Translations under genes and position numbers: made by a program
The notes under the pieces: model-generated
Database searches by the model: none
The model's input: only the letters and a program-made list of their open reading frames with translations
What the model was told of the DNA's origin: nothing
Part shown: positions 1 through 13,914 of the stretch, piece after piece
Position numbering within the stretch: position 1 is the first letter of the stretch
Layout: every line of letters begins with the position of its first letter
Assembly: GCA_945868845.1 (NCBI GenBank)
Contig: CAMBMS010000014.1
Coordinates: forward strand, 2,592 to 66,591
DNA: 64,000 nucleotides
Direction of reading: 5' to 3'
Origin: Asaia bogorensis
GTDB taxonomy: Bacteria > Pseudomonadota > Alphaproteobacteria > Acetobacterales > Acetobacteraceae

Positions 1-946
1 CAACGATGTCGGCGAGCGGGATGGCGCGCTGGCGGTCGCGCAGCAGCCAATGATAGCCGTTCGGGTAATAGGCGCGGCGGACAGTATCGCTCAGCCTGGA
101 CCAGACGGCACGCGTGGCGCGAGGGGGAATGATCTCATCCTTGCCGCCATATAGTACCAGCGCCGGGGCGCGGAAACGCGGGGCGGTGGCGTGCGCGGCG
201 TCCATGAGGTCTGCCATGCCGCGGATCGTGTCGAAACGGGTTTCCTTGATGGTGCGCGGGTTCCGGCTGAGTTTTTCCAATGCGTCGCGGTTGTCGCTCG
301 GGACGCGCCCGGCGGCGCGGCCGGTGGTGGTGAGGCCGGGAAATAGGTTCGCAACCACCCAAAGACTGGAGCGGATTAAAATATTCATCTGCGCGCGGCC
401 CCAGACGGCGGGGGCGAGCAGGATATAGCCGTCGGCCTCGGGCGGCGCCTTACCAGTCGAGGCCAGCATCAGAGTGGCCGCGCCCATGCTTTCGCCCATG
501 AGAAACAATTTGGCGCTCGGGTAGCGGCTGCGCAGCAGGCGTGACATCGTGGCGGCATCGTCTGCCAGGGCCTGCGCGCCCGGCCAGTAGCCACGCTGGG
601 CGGTGTGGCCAAAACCGCGTTGATCGGGGGCAAACAAGGCGATGCCGGCAGCGGTGAAGGCGGGTGCGGGGTATTCCCAGGCATCCTGGCTGTCGTTCAT
701 GCCGTGCAGCGCAAGGATGACGGCCCAAGGGGGGCCATCCTGGGCCTGCTCGCGTTCTGGCAGCCAGGCGCGATAGGGCAGGAGCGTGCCGTCTTCCATG
801 ATGAAGCTGTCGTCGGTTTGGCTCGGTTCAGTCATTTTTGGGCCGGGCGGGGCAAGGGCAGGAACGCAGGCTGCGAGCGCGAACAGGGCCAGCAAAAGCG
901 TGGTGTGCAAGGGAGCGGTTGAATACACGGCCCACATCGCTATCAT
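1..946 (-). CDS. alpha/beta hydrolase (lysophospholipase/monoacylglycerol-lipase-like), probable lipoprotein; 3' end runs off the window
   Basis: My own minus-strand translation from ATG 946: MIAMWAVYSTAPLHTTLLLALFALAAC... (signal peptide with an LAAC lipobox), then HGMNDS and the nucleophile elbow LMGESMGAA (about 482-502). It is absent from the ORF track because no stop codon lies inside the window. Confidence 0.7.
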   Translation of the reverse strand, partial: MIAMWAVYSTAPLHTTLLLALFALAACVPALAPPGPKMTEPSQTDDSFIMEDGTLLPYRAWLPEREQAQDGPPWAVILALHGMNDSQDAWEYPAPAFTAAGIALFAPDQRGFGHTAQRGYWPGAQALADDAATMSRLLRSRYPSAKLFLMGESMGAATLMLASTGKAPPEADGYILLAPAVWGRAQMNILIRSSLWVVANLFPGLTTTGRAAGRVPSDNRDALEKLSRNPRTIKETRFDTIRGMADLMDAAHATAPRFRAPALVLYGGKDEIIPPRATRAVWSRLSDTVRRAYYPNGYHWLLRDRQRAIPLADIV

Positions 947-978
947 CCTTGCGTTTTCCCGACTAGTGAGGAGATATC

Positions 979-1167
979 ATGCCGGACGGCGCGACCCCGA
1001 CCGAGATTCTGCATGTCGATGACCGCACGGTGGCCTGCGATGGCGGGGGTGGGGTGCTGGGCCATCCGCGGGTGTTTCTGCGCATCGCGGAGCGCGAGGC
1101 GGTGTGCCCGTACTGTTCCCGGCTGTATGTGCTAAATGAGGGGGCGGGCCACGGCGCCGGGCACTGA
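979..1167 (+). CDS. zinc-finger (zf-CHCC type) domain protein
   Basis: 62 aa containing VACDGGGGVLGHPRVFL...CPYCSRLY, the pattern of the small zf-CHCC/NDUFS6-like zinc-finger family. Confidence 0.6.
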   Translation: MPDGATPTEILHVDDRTVACDGGGGVLGHPRVFLRIAEREAVCPYCSRLYVLNEGAGHGAGH

Positions 1168-3922
1168 TCCGGCGGTGAACGGTACCAACTTCATCCTGAT
1201 TGACGGATCGGGATTTATCTTCCGCGCCTTTCACGCGCTGCCGCCGATGACGCGCCCTGATGGCACGCCGGTGAATGCGGTGTTCGGTTTTACCAACATG
1301 CTGGCGCGGCTGCTTAAGGATCACGGCGGCACTCATATAGCCGTTATTTTTGACGCAGGGCGGCTGACTTTTCGGAATCGAATTTACGACCAATACAAGG
1401 CGCATCGCCCGCCGGCGCCGGAGGAGCTGATTCCGCAATTCGCCCTGGTGCGCGAGGCCACCGAGGCTTTCGGCGTGCCGGCGATCGAGCTGGCGGATTG
1501 GGAGGCGGACGACCTGATTGCATCCTATGCGTCCGCGGTGACGGAAGCCGGGGGGACGGCGACGATTGTTTCCTCTGACAAAGACCTGATGCAGTTGCTG
1601 CGCCCCGGCGTGATTATGCTGGACCCGATCAAGCAGAAGCCGATCGGCGCCGCCGAGGTGATGGAAAAATTCGGCGTCACGCCGGAGCAATTGGTGGAAG
1701 CGCAGGCGCTGATCGGCGATTCGGTGGACAATGTGCCGGGTGTGCCAGGGATTGGCCCGAAGACGGCGGCGCAATTGATTGCGGAATTTGGTACTGTGGA
1801 AGCCGTACTGGCGGCAGCGCCGTCGATGAAGCCATCGAAGCGGCGTGATGCGCTACTGGAGCACGCGGAGAAAGCGCGCATATCGCGCCAGTTGGTGGAA
1901 TTGCGCTCCGACGCGCCTCTGCCCTTGTCGCTGGACGCCCTGGTGGCGCGCGAACCGGACAGAGAGAAATTGGCATCTTGGCTTATGGCGCAAGGGTTTC
2001 GCACTACCCTGGCGCGACTGGGGTTGGAGGGCGCGAGTGACGCACCCGCGTTAGCCGCCATGCGCACACCGGCGGCAGTGGCGCTGGACTCGGTTGGCCA
2101 GAAGACGCAGGACGTGCCATTCGGTCCTTATGTTTGTGTCAGTCACAGTGACGAATTGTGCGCCTGGGTAGACGAAGCGCGTGCCGCCGGAGTGGTTGCG
2201 CTGGATACCGAGACCGATGGGCTAGACGCGATGCGCGCTGCGCTGGTGGGTTTCTCGCTCGCCGTGGCGCCAGGGCGGGCCTGCTATGTGCCGCTGCGCC
2301 ATGAGCTATTGGGCGAACAGATATCACTGGACAGCGCGCGGGCCATTCTCTCGCCGCTGCTGGCGGATGTGCGTGTGCTGAAAGTGCTGCAAAACGCTAA
2401 ATTTGACATGATGGTGCTGGGTCACGCGGGATTTTCGGCCATCGCTCCTGTCGACGATACAATGGTGATGTCGCATTGTATGGAAGCCGGCGGGCATGGT
2501 CATGGAATGGACGAACTGTCCCGGCTTCACCTGGGTCACACGCCGATATCGTTCGATGCGGTTACGGGGACGGGGCGCAATCGTTTAACCTTCGCGGAGG
2601 TGTCGCTCGATCGCGCGACGGCCTACGCGGCGGAGGACGCGGACGTCACATTGCGGTTGTGGCACGCGCTGCATCCGCGTTTGCGTGGGGCCAAGTCGCT
2701 GGCTTTGTACGAACAGGTCGAACGTCGGTTGATCCCAATATTGCTGGAGATGGAACGTGCCGGCATCAAGGTGGACGAGTTGGACCTGCGGCGGATGTCG
2801 GGCGATTTCGCGCAGCGTATGACGGGAATGGAAGCGGAGATTCATCACCTCGCCAGGCGTGCGTTCAACGTCGCGAGTGCAAAGCAATTGGGTGAAGTGC
2901 TATTCGATGAGATGGGACTCGCCGGCGGCAAGCGGATGAAGACTGGGGCCTGGGGGACAGACGCCTCGGTGCTCCAAAATCTCGCCGATCAGGGCCACGA
3001 TCTCCCGGCGCGCGTGCTGGAATGGCGGCAATTGGCAAAGCTAAAATCAACCTATGCGGATGCGCTGGTCGATCAGATCAATCCGGAAACGCGGCGGGTA
3101 CATACGAATTTCGCGATGGCGATTGCGTCGACCGGGCGTTTATCCTCCACCAATCCGAACCTACAAAATATTCCGATCCGCACTGAGGAAGGCAGCCGTA
3201 TCCGGCATGCGTTCATCGCCGAGGATGGGCATGTTCTGGTGAGCGCGGATTATTCACAGATCGAACTTCGCCTTTTGGCGCATGTCGCGGATATTCCGCA
3301 ATTGAAGGAAAGTTTCGCGTGCGGGGAGGATATTCACGCGCGTACGGCGTCCGAAGTGTTCGGCCTGCCGATGCAAGGCATGGACCCAATGACGCGACGG
3401 CGAGCGAAGGCGATTAATTTTGGTATAATCTACGGCATTTCCGCCTTTGGCCTGGCGCGGCAACTGGGCACCACGCCGGGTGAAGCCAAGGGTTATATCG
3501 ATGCGTATTTTGCGCGCTATCCGGGCATTCGCGTCTATATGGAACGGGTGAAGGAGGAGGCGCGGGCGGCGGGGTTTGTCCTGACCCCGTTCGGGCGGCG
3601 CTGCTGGGTGCGCGGTATCGCTGATAAGAATGCAGCGAGCCGCGCCTATGCGGAACGCCAGGCGATAAACGCGCCGTTACAGGGCGGCGCAGCGGATATT
3701 ATCAAGCGGGCGATGGTGCAGCTGCCGCACGCCTTGCGGCAGGCGGGCATGCGCGCGCGGATGCTGCTGCAAGTGCATGACGAATTGCTATTCGAGGCGC
3801 CCGAGAACGAGGCGTCACCGCTGGCCGCGCTGGCAAAACAGGTGATGGAGCGAGCAGCGCAATTGTCCGTGCCGTTGATAGTGGAGACTGGGGCGGGGCG
3901 GACTTGGGCCGATGCGCATTGA
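1136..3922 (+). CDS. polA: DNA polymerase I
   Basis: 928 aa with a 5'-3' exonuclease N-terminus (ILIDGSGFIFRAFHAL), a 3'-5' exonuclease domain (DTETDGLD) and polymerase motifs (DYSQIELRLLAH, QVHDELLFE). The start is uncertain: ATG 1136 overlaps the upstream ORF, and GTG 1175 is an alternative. Confidence 0.95.
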   Translation: MRGRATAPGTDPAVNGTNFILIDGSGFIFRAFHALPPMTRPDGTPVNAVFGFTNMLARLLKDHGGTHIAVIFDAGRLTFRNRIYDQYKAHRPPAPEELIPQFALVREATEAFGVPAIELADWEADDLIASYASAVTEAGGTATIVSSDKDLMQLLRPGVIMLDPIKQKPIGAAEVMEKFGVTPEQLVEAQALIGDSVDNVPGVPGIGPKTAAQLIAEFGTVEAVLAAAPSMKPSKRRDALLEHAEKARISRQLVELRSDAPLPLSLDALVAREPDREKLASWLMAQGFRTTLARLGLEGASDAPALAAMRTPAAVALDSVGQKTQDVPFGPYVCVSHSDELCAWVDEARAAGVVALDTETDGLDAMRAALVGFSLAVAPGRACYVPLRHELLGEQISLDSARAILSPLLADVRVLKVLQNAKFDMMVLGHAGFSAIAPVDDTMVMSHCMEAGGHGHGMDELSRLHLGHTPISFDAVTGTGRNRLTFAEVSLDRATAYAAEDADVTLRLWHALHPRLRGAKSLALYEQVERRLIPILLEMERAGIKVDELDLRRMSGDFAQRMTGMEAEIHHLARRAFNVASAKQLGEVLFDEMGLAGGKRMKTGAWGTDASVLQNLADQGHDLPARVLEWRQLAKLKSTYADALVDQINPETRRVHTNFAMAIASTGRLSSTNPNLQNIPIRTEEGSRIRHAFIAEDGHVLVSADYSQIELRLLAHVADIPQLKESFACGEDIHARTASEVFGLPMQGMDPMTRRRAKAINFGIIYGISAFGLARQLGTTPGEAKGYIDAYFARYPGIRVYMERVKEEARAAGFVLTPFGRRCWVRGIADKNAASRAYAERQAINAPLQGGAADIIKRAMVQLPHALRQAGMRARMLLQVHDELLFEAPENEASPLAALAKQVMERAAQLSVPLIVETGAGRTWADAH

Positions 3923-3939
3923 GTTTGGGGGAGCAGACG

Positions 3940-4779
3940 ATGAATGATCTGGCAGGACGGGTGGCGATTGTTACGGGTGCGGCGGGTGGTATCGGCCAAG
4001 CCTTGTGCCGGGCTTTCGTTGCCGCCGGGGTGAATGTGGCGCTGGGCGATACGCACCGCGAGGGGGTGGCAAAGCTGCATGTGGAGCTGGGCCCCGCTCA
4101 GACCATGCCCTTGGTGTTCGATGTGTCGGACGCCAATGCCTGTAGCGATGCGGCGCGTAAAGTCGGCGCGCATTTTGGTAAGGTGGATGTCCTGGTCAAC
4201 AATGCTGCCCTGGGCATGGGTCTGGTACGGACAGATCATATGACGCGCATGGTGCAGATCGAGGATATCTCGCCGGAGAAATGGGCGGCGTTCGTCGCGG
4301 TGAACCTATCCGGACCGTTCTATATGGCGCGCGCGGTAGTGCCGGGGATGCGGGCGCAAAAGTTTGGCCGCATCATCAATGTGACGACCAGTTATTTTAC
4401 CATGCTCAATCCCGGGTTTTCGCCCTATGGTCCGGCGAAGTCGGGGCTGGAAGCGTGGACGACAAGTTTTTCCGGCGAACTGAAGGGCAGTGGGATTACC
4501 GCCAATGTGGTGGTGCCCGGCGGGCCAACGGATACGCCGATGGTTCCAGCGGATTCGGGGATGGATCGCAGCCAGCTGATTCGGCCCGAAAGCATGGCAC
4601 ATCCGATGCTTTATCTGTGCTCCGATGCGGCCGCCGACGTCAGCGGGCGTCGTTTTGTCGCGGCGCATTGGGATCCATCCTTGCCGGCGGCGCAGGCGGC
4701 GGAACAGGCGGGCGCGCCGGCGGGTTGGCCCGATTTGGCGCGCAATCCGGTCTGGCCGGGCGGTGGGCCAAAGCGCTGA
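3940..4779 (+). CDS. SDR family oxidoreductase
   Basis: MNDLAGRVAIVTGAAGGIGQ (TGxxxGxG), NNAA, and Y/K catalytic region. Start placed at the internal ATG 3940 rather than the track start 3904. Confidence 0.85.
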   Translation: MNDLAGRVAIVTGAAGGIGQALCRAFVAAGVNVALGDTHREGVAKLHVELGPAQTMPLVFDVSDANACSDAARKVGAHFGKVDVLVNNAALGMGLVRTDHMTRMVQIEDISPEKWAAFVAVNLSGPFYMARAVVPGMRAQKFGRIINVTTSYFTMLNPGFSPYGPAKSGLEAWTTSFSGELKGSGITANVVVPGGPTDTPMVPADSGMDRSQLIRPESMAHPMLYLCSDAAADVSGRRFVAAHWDPSLPAAQAAEQAGAPAGWPDLARNPVWPGGGPKR

Positions 4780-4789
4780 TATCAGAACG

Positions 4790-5533
4790 TTAACTTTGTA
4801 ACTTTGCTGCGAGTAAGAATTCGTGATTCCCCTCGGGGCCAGTGATAGGGCTTGCGGTGATACCCAGCACGGTCCAGCCGGGCCGGGCCGCCCACCATGT
4901 ATGAATGCGTTCGCAGACTTCTGCGTGTACGGCTGGATCTCGCACCACGCCCTTCGCACCGATGGCGGCGCGGCCGGCTTCGAATTGCGGTTTTATTAGT
5001 GCCACCGCCCATGCGCCGGGCGCACATAGACTTAATGGGGCGGGCAGCAGGGTCATGAGGCCGATGAAACTGGCATCGCAGACCAATGCGGCGATGGGGT
5101 CGGGAATTTGTTCTCGCGTCAGATGGCGAGCATTGGTTTTTTCATGTACCACAACGCGCGGATCGCTGCGCAGTCTCCAGGCCAGCTGGCCATGCCCGAC
5201 ATCCACGGCGCGCACTTTTGCCGCACCTCGGGCGAGCAGAACATCGGTGAAGCCACCAGTGGAGGCGCCGATATCGATGCAGATTTTCCCCAGTGGCGAG
5301 AGGGCAAAATATCGCAGCGCATGATCGAGTTTCAGCCCGCCGCGCGAAACCCATGGGTGATCCTGGCCTCGGACATCCAGCGGAGAATCCTCCGCGAGCA
5401 TGTCGCCGGCCTTGGCGATGCGGCGATCGGCGGAAAAAACCTTGCCGGCGAGGATCAGCGCCTGCGCGCGGGCACGCGTCTCAACCAGGCCGCGGTCGAG
5501 CAATAACTGATCGGCGCGGCGCTTGGTGGCCAA
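4790..5533 (-). CDS. tlyA: TlyA family rRNA (cytidine-2'-O)-methyltransferase
   Basis: S4-like N-terminus (RADQLLLDRGLVETRARAQALILAGKV) plus an FtsJ-like methyltransferase core (IDIGASTGGFTDVLL). Lies 18 bp downstream of dxs on the same strand. Confidence 0.85.
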   Translation of the reverse strand: MATKRRADQLLLDRGLVETRARAQALILAGKVFSADRRIAKAGDMLAEDSPLDVRGQDHPWVSRGGLKLDHALRYFALSPLGKICIDIGASTGGFTDVLLARGAAKVRAVDVGHGQLAWRLRSDPRVVVHEKTNARHLTREQIPDPIAALVCDASFIGLMTLLPAPLSLCAPGAWAVALIKPQFEAGRAAIGAKGVVRDPAVHAEVCERIHTWWAARPGWTVLGITASPITGPEGNHEFLLAAKLQS

Positions 5534-5551
5534 GTGACCCCCCCCGTTGCC

Positions 5552-7489
5552 TTAGTCCGAAGCCGCGCCGATGTGCCGTGTATGGCTGGCAAGGGCGGCG
5601 GCGGCCGTGGCGACAATGTCTTTCGCGGTCAGGCCGGCCTGGATCATCTGCTTGGCCTGGCTGTCATGATCGATAAAAATATCGGGCAGGATCATCGGGC
5701 GGAATTTGGTGGTGCCGTCCAGCAGGCCTTTCCAGGCGAGGTGTTGCATCACCTGCGCGGCAAACCCGCCGATCGCACCCTCCTCGATGGTAATGAAGAT
5801 CTCATGCTGGCGGGCCAGCCGCTCGACCAGGGCGGTGTCCAGCGGTTTGGCGAACCTGGCGTCAGCGACGGTGGTGGAGAGGCCGCGTGCGGCAAGTTCA
5901 TCGGCGGCTTTCATCGCCTCGGCCAGCCGCGTGCCGTAGGAGAGGATGGCGATGCGGCCGCCTTCGCGTAGGATTCGTCCGCGGCCGATTTCCCAGATTT
6001 CGCCCTGTTCGGGCAGGGCCACGCCCGTACCGTCGCCGCGCGGATAGCGGAACGCGCTGGGCCGGTCGTTGATGGCGGCTGCCGTCGCGACGGCGTGCAT
6101 CAATTCGACTTCATCCGACGGTGCCATCAGCACGAAACCGGGCAAGCAGCCAAGGTAGGAAATATCGAAACTGCCGGCATGCGTCGCGCCATCGGCGCCA
6201 ACCGGGCCGGCACGGTCCAGTGCGAAGCGAACAGGCAGACGCTGGATGGCGACGTCGTGCACCACCTGGTCATAGCCGCGCTGCAGAAAGGTTGAGTAAA
6301 TAGCGCAGAACGGCTTAAGCCCTTCCGTCGCCATGCCGGCGGCGAAGGTGACAGCGTGCTGTTCGGCGATGCCGACATCGAAGTAGCGATCGGGGAATTT
6401 CGCGGCGAAGCGGTCGAGGCCTGTACCCGATGGCATGGCGGCAGTAATCGCCACGATCTTGGAATCGCGCGTTGCTTCGGAAATCAGTGCGTCGGAGAAA
6501 ACCTTTGTGTAGCTGGGTGGGCCGGGCGCGGACTTCGCCAGCTCGCCCGTAATTACATTAAACTTTCCGACGCCGTGATATTTATCCGCCGATTCCTCCG
6601 CCGGGGGATAACCCTTGCCCTTGCGAGTAATCACATGTAGCAGGATCGGACCGCGTTCATCTGCTTCTCGCACATTGCGCAGCACCGGAAGTAAATGATC
6701 GAGATTATGGCCATCGATCGGGCCGACATAGTAGAAACCCAGCTCCTCGAACAAGGTGCCGCCGGTGAGCATCCCGCGGGCATATTCCTCCGCCCGGCGC
6801 GCGGTGCGCTCGATACCCTTGGGGAATTTCTTCGTCATTCGCACGGCGAGATCGCGCAGATTGAGGAAGCGACGTGAGGATATCAGGCGCGATAAATAAG
6901 CGCTCATCGCGCCGACCGGCGGCGCGATGGACATGTCGTTGTCATTCAGGATGACGACGAGGCGCGAATGCATGGCACCCGCATTGTTCATCGCCTCATA
7001 GGCCATGCCCGCGCTTATGGCTCCGTCGCCGATCACGGCTACCACATGACGGTCGTCTTTTTCGCCTGCCGCCTGCCTTAGGTCACGGGCGACCGCCATG
7101 CCGAGCCCAGCGGAAATCGAGGTGGAGGAATGTGCCGCGCCAAAGGGATCGAAATCGCTTTCCGAACGGCGCGTGAAGCCGGAAAGGCCGCCGCCCTGGC
7201 GGATCGTGCGGATGCGCTCGCGCCGCCCGCTCAGGATTTTATGCGGATAGGCTTGGTGGCCGACATCCCAGATCAGCCGGTCGGTCGGCGTGTCGAAGAT
7301 TGCATGCAGTGCCACCGTTAGTTCCACCACGCCGAGCGCCGAGCCGAGATGGCCGCCGGTGACGGAGACCGCATCGATCAGTTCGGCGCGCAGTTCATCG
7401 GCCACCTGGCGCAACTTCAAGGGCGAGAAATTGCGTAGATCGGCGGGGGCATGAATCTGGTCCAGCAAAGGCGTGTGGACAGGGGGCAT
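5552..7489 (-). CDS. dxs: 1-deoxy-D-xylulose-5-phosphate synthase
   Basis: Starts [21 protein letters not shown]; contains [18 protein letters not shown] and the [21 protein letters not shown] motif. True ATG verified at 7489; the 809-aa track ORF is an upstream extension that overlaps ispA. Confidence 0.95.
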   Translation of the reverse strand: MPPVHTPLLDQIHAPADLRNFSPLKLRQVADELRAELIDAVSVTGGHLGSALGVVELTVALHAIFDTPTDRLIWDVGHQAYPHKILSGRRERIRTIRQGGGLSGFTRRSESDFDPFGAAHSSTSISAGLGMAVARDLRQAAGEKDDRHVVAVIGDGAISAGMAYEAMNNAGAMHSRLVVILNDNDMSIAPPVGAMSAYLSRLISSRRFLNLRDLAVRMTKKFPKGIERTARRAEEYARGMLTGGTLFEELGFYYVGPIDGHNLDHLLPVLRNVREADERGPILLHVITRKGKGYPPAEESADKYHGVGKFNVITGELAKSAPGPPSYTKVFSDALISEATRDSKIVAITAAMPSGTGLDRFAAKFPDRYFDVGIAEQHAVTFAAGMATEGLKPFCAIYSTFLQRGYDQVVHDVAIQRLPVRFALDRAGPVGADGATHAGSFDISYLGCLPGFVLMAPSDEVELMHAVATAAAINDRPSAFRYPRGDGTGVALPEQGEIWEIGRGRILREGGRIAILSYGTRLAEAMKAADELAARGLSTTVADARFAKPLDTALVERLARQHEIFITIEEGAIGGFAAQVMQHLAWKGLLDGTTKFRPMILPDIFIDHDSQAKQMIQAGLTAKDIVATAAAALASHTRHIGAASD

Positions 7490-7494
7490 GCCGA

Positions 7495-8409
7495 TCAGCT
7501 CCGTCGGGAAACCACGAAGGCGGTGAGCGCGCGCAGATGATCCGCGCCTGGGCCGAACCCATCCAGATGGGACGCGGCTTGCTGCGCCAGCATATCGGCA
7601 TGGGCGCGCGCCATGTCCAGCCCCAAGATCGTGACCATTGTCGCCTTGCCCGCCGCCGCGTCCTTGCGGGTGGCCTTGCCGGTTTCCGCCGCCATGCCTT
7701 CCGCGTCCAGCAGATCGTCGGCGATCTGGAAGGCGACGCCAAGATCGCGGCCATAAGAGGCGAGCTGGTGGCGCTGCGATTGCGGCGCGTGGCCGAGAAT
7801 GGCACCAGCTTCCGCGCTGTACTGGATCAACTTGCCGGTTTTCAGGGCTTGCAGGCGGGCAATTTCCGGGCCGCTGAGGGGATTTGTGCTGGCGCGGGCC
7901 TCCGCCAGCATGTCGATCATCTGCCCGCCGGCCATGCCGCGCGCGCCAGCCGCGGCCCCCAGTGCCATCACCAGCTCGCACCGCGCCTGCGGGTCCGAAT
8001 GGGTGTCGGGTTCGCCGAGGATCTCAAATGCGCGGCATTGCAGCGCATCGCCCGCCAGGATGGCGGTGGCTTCGTCAAATTGCCTGTGCGCCGTGAGCTT
8101 GCCGCGCCGTAGATCGTCATTGTCCATCGCCGGTAGATCATCATGGATCAGCGAATAGGCGTGCAGCATTTCGACCGAAGCCGCAACGCGGGCGGCGCAG
8201 GTGGGGGAGGCGGCAAACAGCGCCGCGGATTCCATCACCAGGAAGGCGCGTAGCCGCTTGCCACCGCCAAGGGTGGAATAGCGCATGGCCTCTGCCAGGC
8301 GCGCCTCGGCACCCTCAATCTCCGGCAGCAGATTGTCGAGCGCCCGCTCGGCGGTTGCGGCGCAACGCCGCAGCGCGTCGGCCAGGGGGGTGTTGTCGTC
8401 CTCGGCCAT
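7495..8409 (-). CDS. ispA: farnesyl diphosphate synthase (polyprenyl synthetase)
   Basis: Contains [18 protein letters not shown] (first DDxxD motif) and FQIADDLLD (second). Stop lies 5 bp from the dxs start. Confidence 0.9.
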   Translation of the reverse strand: MAEDDNTPLADALRRCAATAERALDNLLPEIEGAEARLAEAMRYSTLGGGKRLRAFLVMESAALFAASPTCAARVAASVEMLHAYSLIHDDLPAMDNDDLRRGKLTAHRQFDEATAILAGDALQCRAFEILGEPDTHSDPQARCELVMALGAAAGARGMAGGQMIDMLAEARASTNPLSGPEIARLQALKTGKLIQYSAEAGAILGHAPQSQRHQLASYGRDLGVAFQIADDLLDAEGMAAETGKATRKDAAAGKATMVTILGLDMARAHADMLAQQAASHLDGFGPGADHLRALTAFVVSRRS

Positions 8410-8413
8410 GCGA

Positions 8414-8683
8414 TTATGCTAATGGTCGGGTGCCGAGCGTGCCATCGGCGCGTTCGACGATGGCGGCGACACGGGCCTCTGCCTCCGCCAGCTTAGCTTC
8501 GCAATGGTGGCGCAGGGCGGCACCGCGTTCATAGGCGGCGATGGCGTCCTCCAGCTTCTGCTGGCCGCCTTCCAAGCCACGCACAATCTGTTCCAGTTCC
8601 GCCAATGCGTCCTCGAAGGACAGGCGGGCGACATCTTCTTGCGTCTGGCCGGCGGGTTTCGCCGGCCGCTTAGCGTCCGACAT
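8414..8683 (-). CDS. xseB: exodeoxyribonuclease VII small subunit
   Basis: 89 aa containing LSFEDALAELEQIVRGLEGGQQKLEDAIAAYERGAALRHHCEAKL. Sits in the canonical xseB-ispA-dxs order. Confidence 0.85.
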   Translation of the reverse strand: MSDAKRPAKPAGQTQEDVARLSFEDALAELEQIVRGLEGGQQKLEDAIAAYERGAALRHHCEAKLAEAEARVAAIVERADGTLGTRPLA

Positions 8684-8832
8684 GGCGTACTACTCCCTTT
8701 CGCGCTGTGGGTTAGGTACCCTGTCCTGAGCCACGCGCCAACCCCGGAGGCTGGGGTGAGCCGATAGGAAGAAAGATTGGGGACTTTGCCCCTGAATCCT
8801 CGTTTACGGTAGCGGCGAATTGACGGAGAACA

Positions 8833-9586
8833 GCACTGTTCTACGACTGTTTTTTCGGCACTTTCTGGGGGATCAGGCATTGACCGCTGGCGGGCTGTAG
8901 TCGTCCGCGATGCGGGACCCGGTCAAATATTTCGACAACTTCTCCGAGGTGATCGGCATGGCGGTGTTGCTGTATGTCCGTTACCCACTGTTGCTGCGTA
9001 ACGTGGAGGGCTGACTGGCTGAGCGCGGGATCGAGATTTGCCATGAGACCGTGCGGCTAGGGTGGAACCTCTTCGGCCCGCTGTTGGCCGCTGAGCCCAG
9101 AAAACGCCGGCTCTGATTGCGCCAGGGCTGCCCGAAGTAGCAGATGCATCTCAAGAGGTGTTGGTGCACATCAACGGCCGAACCCGCTCTCTGTGGCGGG
9201 CCGTCGATCATGAAGGCGGGGTTCTGGAAGCCGTTTCAACGAAGCCGCTCGCTCGCTGTGCTGCCTTGAAACGTCTCAAGAAACGGATGAAGCGCTATAG
9301 TCAGCCGCAGGCCGTGGTGACCGACAGGTGTGCTTGCTATGGCGCGGCCCTGCGTGAGATCCCCAACGTGCCCCGCCATGTCTGCACCAGCCATTCTGGC
9401 GACGCGAGCGGGCGATGCTGTGCTTCCGGCGCATGGGGACGCTGCAGAAATTCGCCGCCGTGCACGGCTCCGTCCGTCATCGCTTCGACCAACAGCGTCA
9501 ACCGATCAGCCGACAGACCGACAAGACAAACTGCTCCGCGACTCCCGCGCGGGCGAAAAATCACAAGCGGTTTACCGAGCCCCGCC
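8833..9586 (+). mobile_element. IS6-family insertion sequence relic (transposase inactivated by stops and frameshifts)
   Basis: Plus-strand translation across several frames gives FSEVIGMAVLLYVRYPLLLRNVEG*LAERGIEICHETVR, then HINGRTRSLWRAVDHEGGVLEAV..AVVTDRCACYGAALREI, then (shifted) FRRMGTLQKFAAVHGSVRHRFDQQRQPISRQT, all collinear with IS26/IS6100-type DDE transposases. A tentative terminal repeat lies at 8833-8849. The right boundary is not definable and is set at the atpC stop. Confidence 0.6.
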
Positions 9587-9997
9587 TCAGGAGGTGGCGG
9601 CCTCCAGCATCGCGCGGGCGGACTGGATGCGATCCATCGCGGTATTGATCGCATCGACATCCGTCTTATCTAACGCCCCCAGCGCGGCGGTCGCTTCGCT
9701 CAGCCGCTGCTCGCCGGTCGCGCGGGACACTTCCGCCACCGGAATAGCTTCATCGGCCAGCACGGTGCAGCGCTCCGCCGTCACTTCCGCGAACCCGCCG
9801 GCGACGAACAGGCGGTCTGTCACCTGCCCGTTTTCCACAATGCCGATTATCCCGCCGCGCAACAGCAGTAGTACGGGCGCGTGCAATGGCATCACGCCCA
9901 TCTCGCCCTCGGCGCCGGGGATGACGACCATTTCCACTGCCTTGGAGAGCAGCAGTTTTTCCGGGCTGACGATTTCCAGTTGCAACGCCATTTGCAT
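9587..9997 (-). CDS. atpC: F0F1 ATP synthase subunit epsilon
   Basis: 136 aa starting LQLEIVSPEKLLLSKAVEMVVIPGAEGEMGVMPLHAP. It is the last gene of the atpHAGDC order. Confidence 0.9.
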   Translation of the reverse strand: MQMALQLEIVSPEKLLLSKAVEMVVIPGAEGEMGVMPLHAPVLLLLRGGIIGIVENGQVTDRLFVAGGFAEVTAERCTVLADEAIPVAEVSRATGEQRLSEATAALGALDKTDVDAINTAMDRIQSARAMLEAATS

Positions 9998-10015
9998 ACC
10001 TCCTTCAGGCCAAAA

Positions 10016-11458
<1,443 letters not shown>

Positions 11459-11464
11459 CTATAC

Positions 11465-12352
11465 TCAGACGGCTTCGGCGCCGGAAATAATTTCGATCAA
11501 TTCGCGCGTGATATTAGCCTGCCGCGCGCGGTTATAGTTTTGCGACAACCGCTTGATCATGTCGCCCGCATTGCGTGTCGCATTATCCATCGCCGTCATG
11601 CGCGCTCCATGCTCGCCGGCCGCGCTTTCCAGCAGGGCACGATAAAGCTGGACCGCCAGGTTCTGCGGCAGCAGCCGCGCCAGCATAGCTTGCTCATCGG
11701 GTTCATATTCGTAGGCGGCCTGCATCCCCGCCGCGACGGGCGCACCCATCACTTCCAAGATCGGCGCCGGGATTAACGTGGCTTCCGTTACCACCTGGGT
11801 AATGACGGATTGAAACCGGTTATAGACGATGGTGCAGACATCGATTTCTCCCGCGTCCAGCATGGTGGTGATCCGCGCCGCCACATCTTGAGCATCAGAG
11901 AATTCCAGCCGCCTTTTGCCCGCATAGGATACATCGCCAACAATACGCGATGCCAGCTCTCGGCGCAAAAAATCCCTTCCTTTTCGCCCAACCGGAAAAA
12001 TTTTTACTGTCTTGCCTTCGGATTCCAAACGCCGCGCTAACAGTCGCGTCGCCCGGCCAATGGAGGAGTTGAACGCGCCCGCCAGACCGCGATCGGCAGT
12101 CACGGGGACAAGTAAATGAATTTTATCCGACCCCGTGCCGACCAGAAGCTTCGGCGCATTCGAGCTCACGGCGACGGAGGTCGCTAACGCCCCTAGCATG
12201 CGCTCCATCCGCTCCGCATAGGGTCGTGCCGCCTCGGCGTGCTGCTGCGCTCGGCGCAGCTTCGAGGCCGCTACCATTTTCATCGCGGAAGTGATCTTCT
12301 GCGTCGACTTAACGCTGTTGATCCGAACGCGCAGTGACTTTAAGCTGGGCAT
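11465..12352 (-). CDS. atpG: F0F1 ATP synthase subunit gamma
   Basis: 295 aa; [36 protein letters not shown] ... [15 protein letters not shown]. Confidence 0.95.
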   Translation of the reverse strand: MPSLKSLRVRINSVKSTQKITSAMKMVAASKLRRAQQHAEAARPYAERMERMLGALATSVAVSSNAPKLLVGTGSDKIHLLVPVTADRGLAGAFNSSIGRATRLLARRLESEGKTVKIFPVGRKGRDFLRRELASRIVGDVSYAGKRRLEFSDAQDVAARITTMLDAGEIDVCTIVYNRFQSVITQVVTEATLIPAPILEVMGAPVAAGMQAAYEYEPDEQAMLARLLPQNLAVQLYRALLESAAGEHGARMTAMDNATRNAGDMIKRLSQNYNRARQANITRELIEIISGAEAV

Positions 12353-12380
12353 ATGCGTGCCTTGCTAACGGAAAACGCGC

Positions 12381-13913
<1,533 letters not shown>

Positions 13914-13914
13914 A

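Noticed and set aside
977-1774. Long ORFs antisense to or overlapping well-supported genes (e.g. 977-1774, 3646-4239, 10466-11776, 13122-14021, 13321-14070, 23200-23898, 23219-23920, 27032-28012, 33152-33937, 34888-35802, 35420-36175, 45249-45893, 49524-50183, 54385-55695, 55744-56535, 60696-61547).
   Set aside because: These are typical shadow ORFs of high-GC DNA. Their translations are Arg/Pro/Ala/Gly-rich low-complexity sequence with no recognisable motifs. Each lies opposite, or out of frame with, a gene that has unmistakable family signatures.
7490-7981. N-terminal 164-aa extension of the dxs ORF (the track gives 809 aa).
   Set aside because: The extension overlaps ispA in another frame and is Arg/Gly/Pro-rich. 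Dxs homology starts at [10 protein letters not shown] (ATG 7489), 5 bp after the ispA stop.
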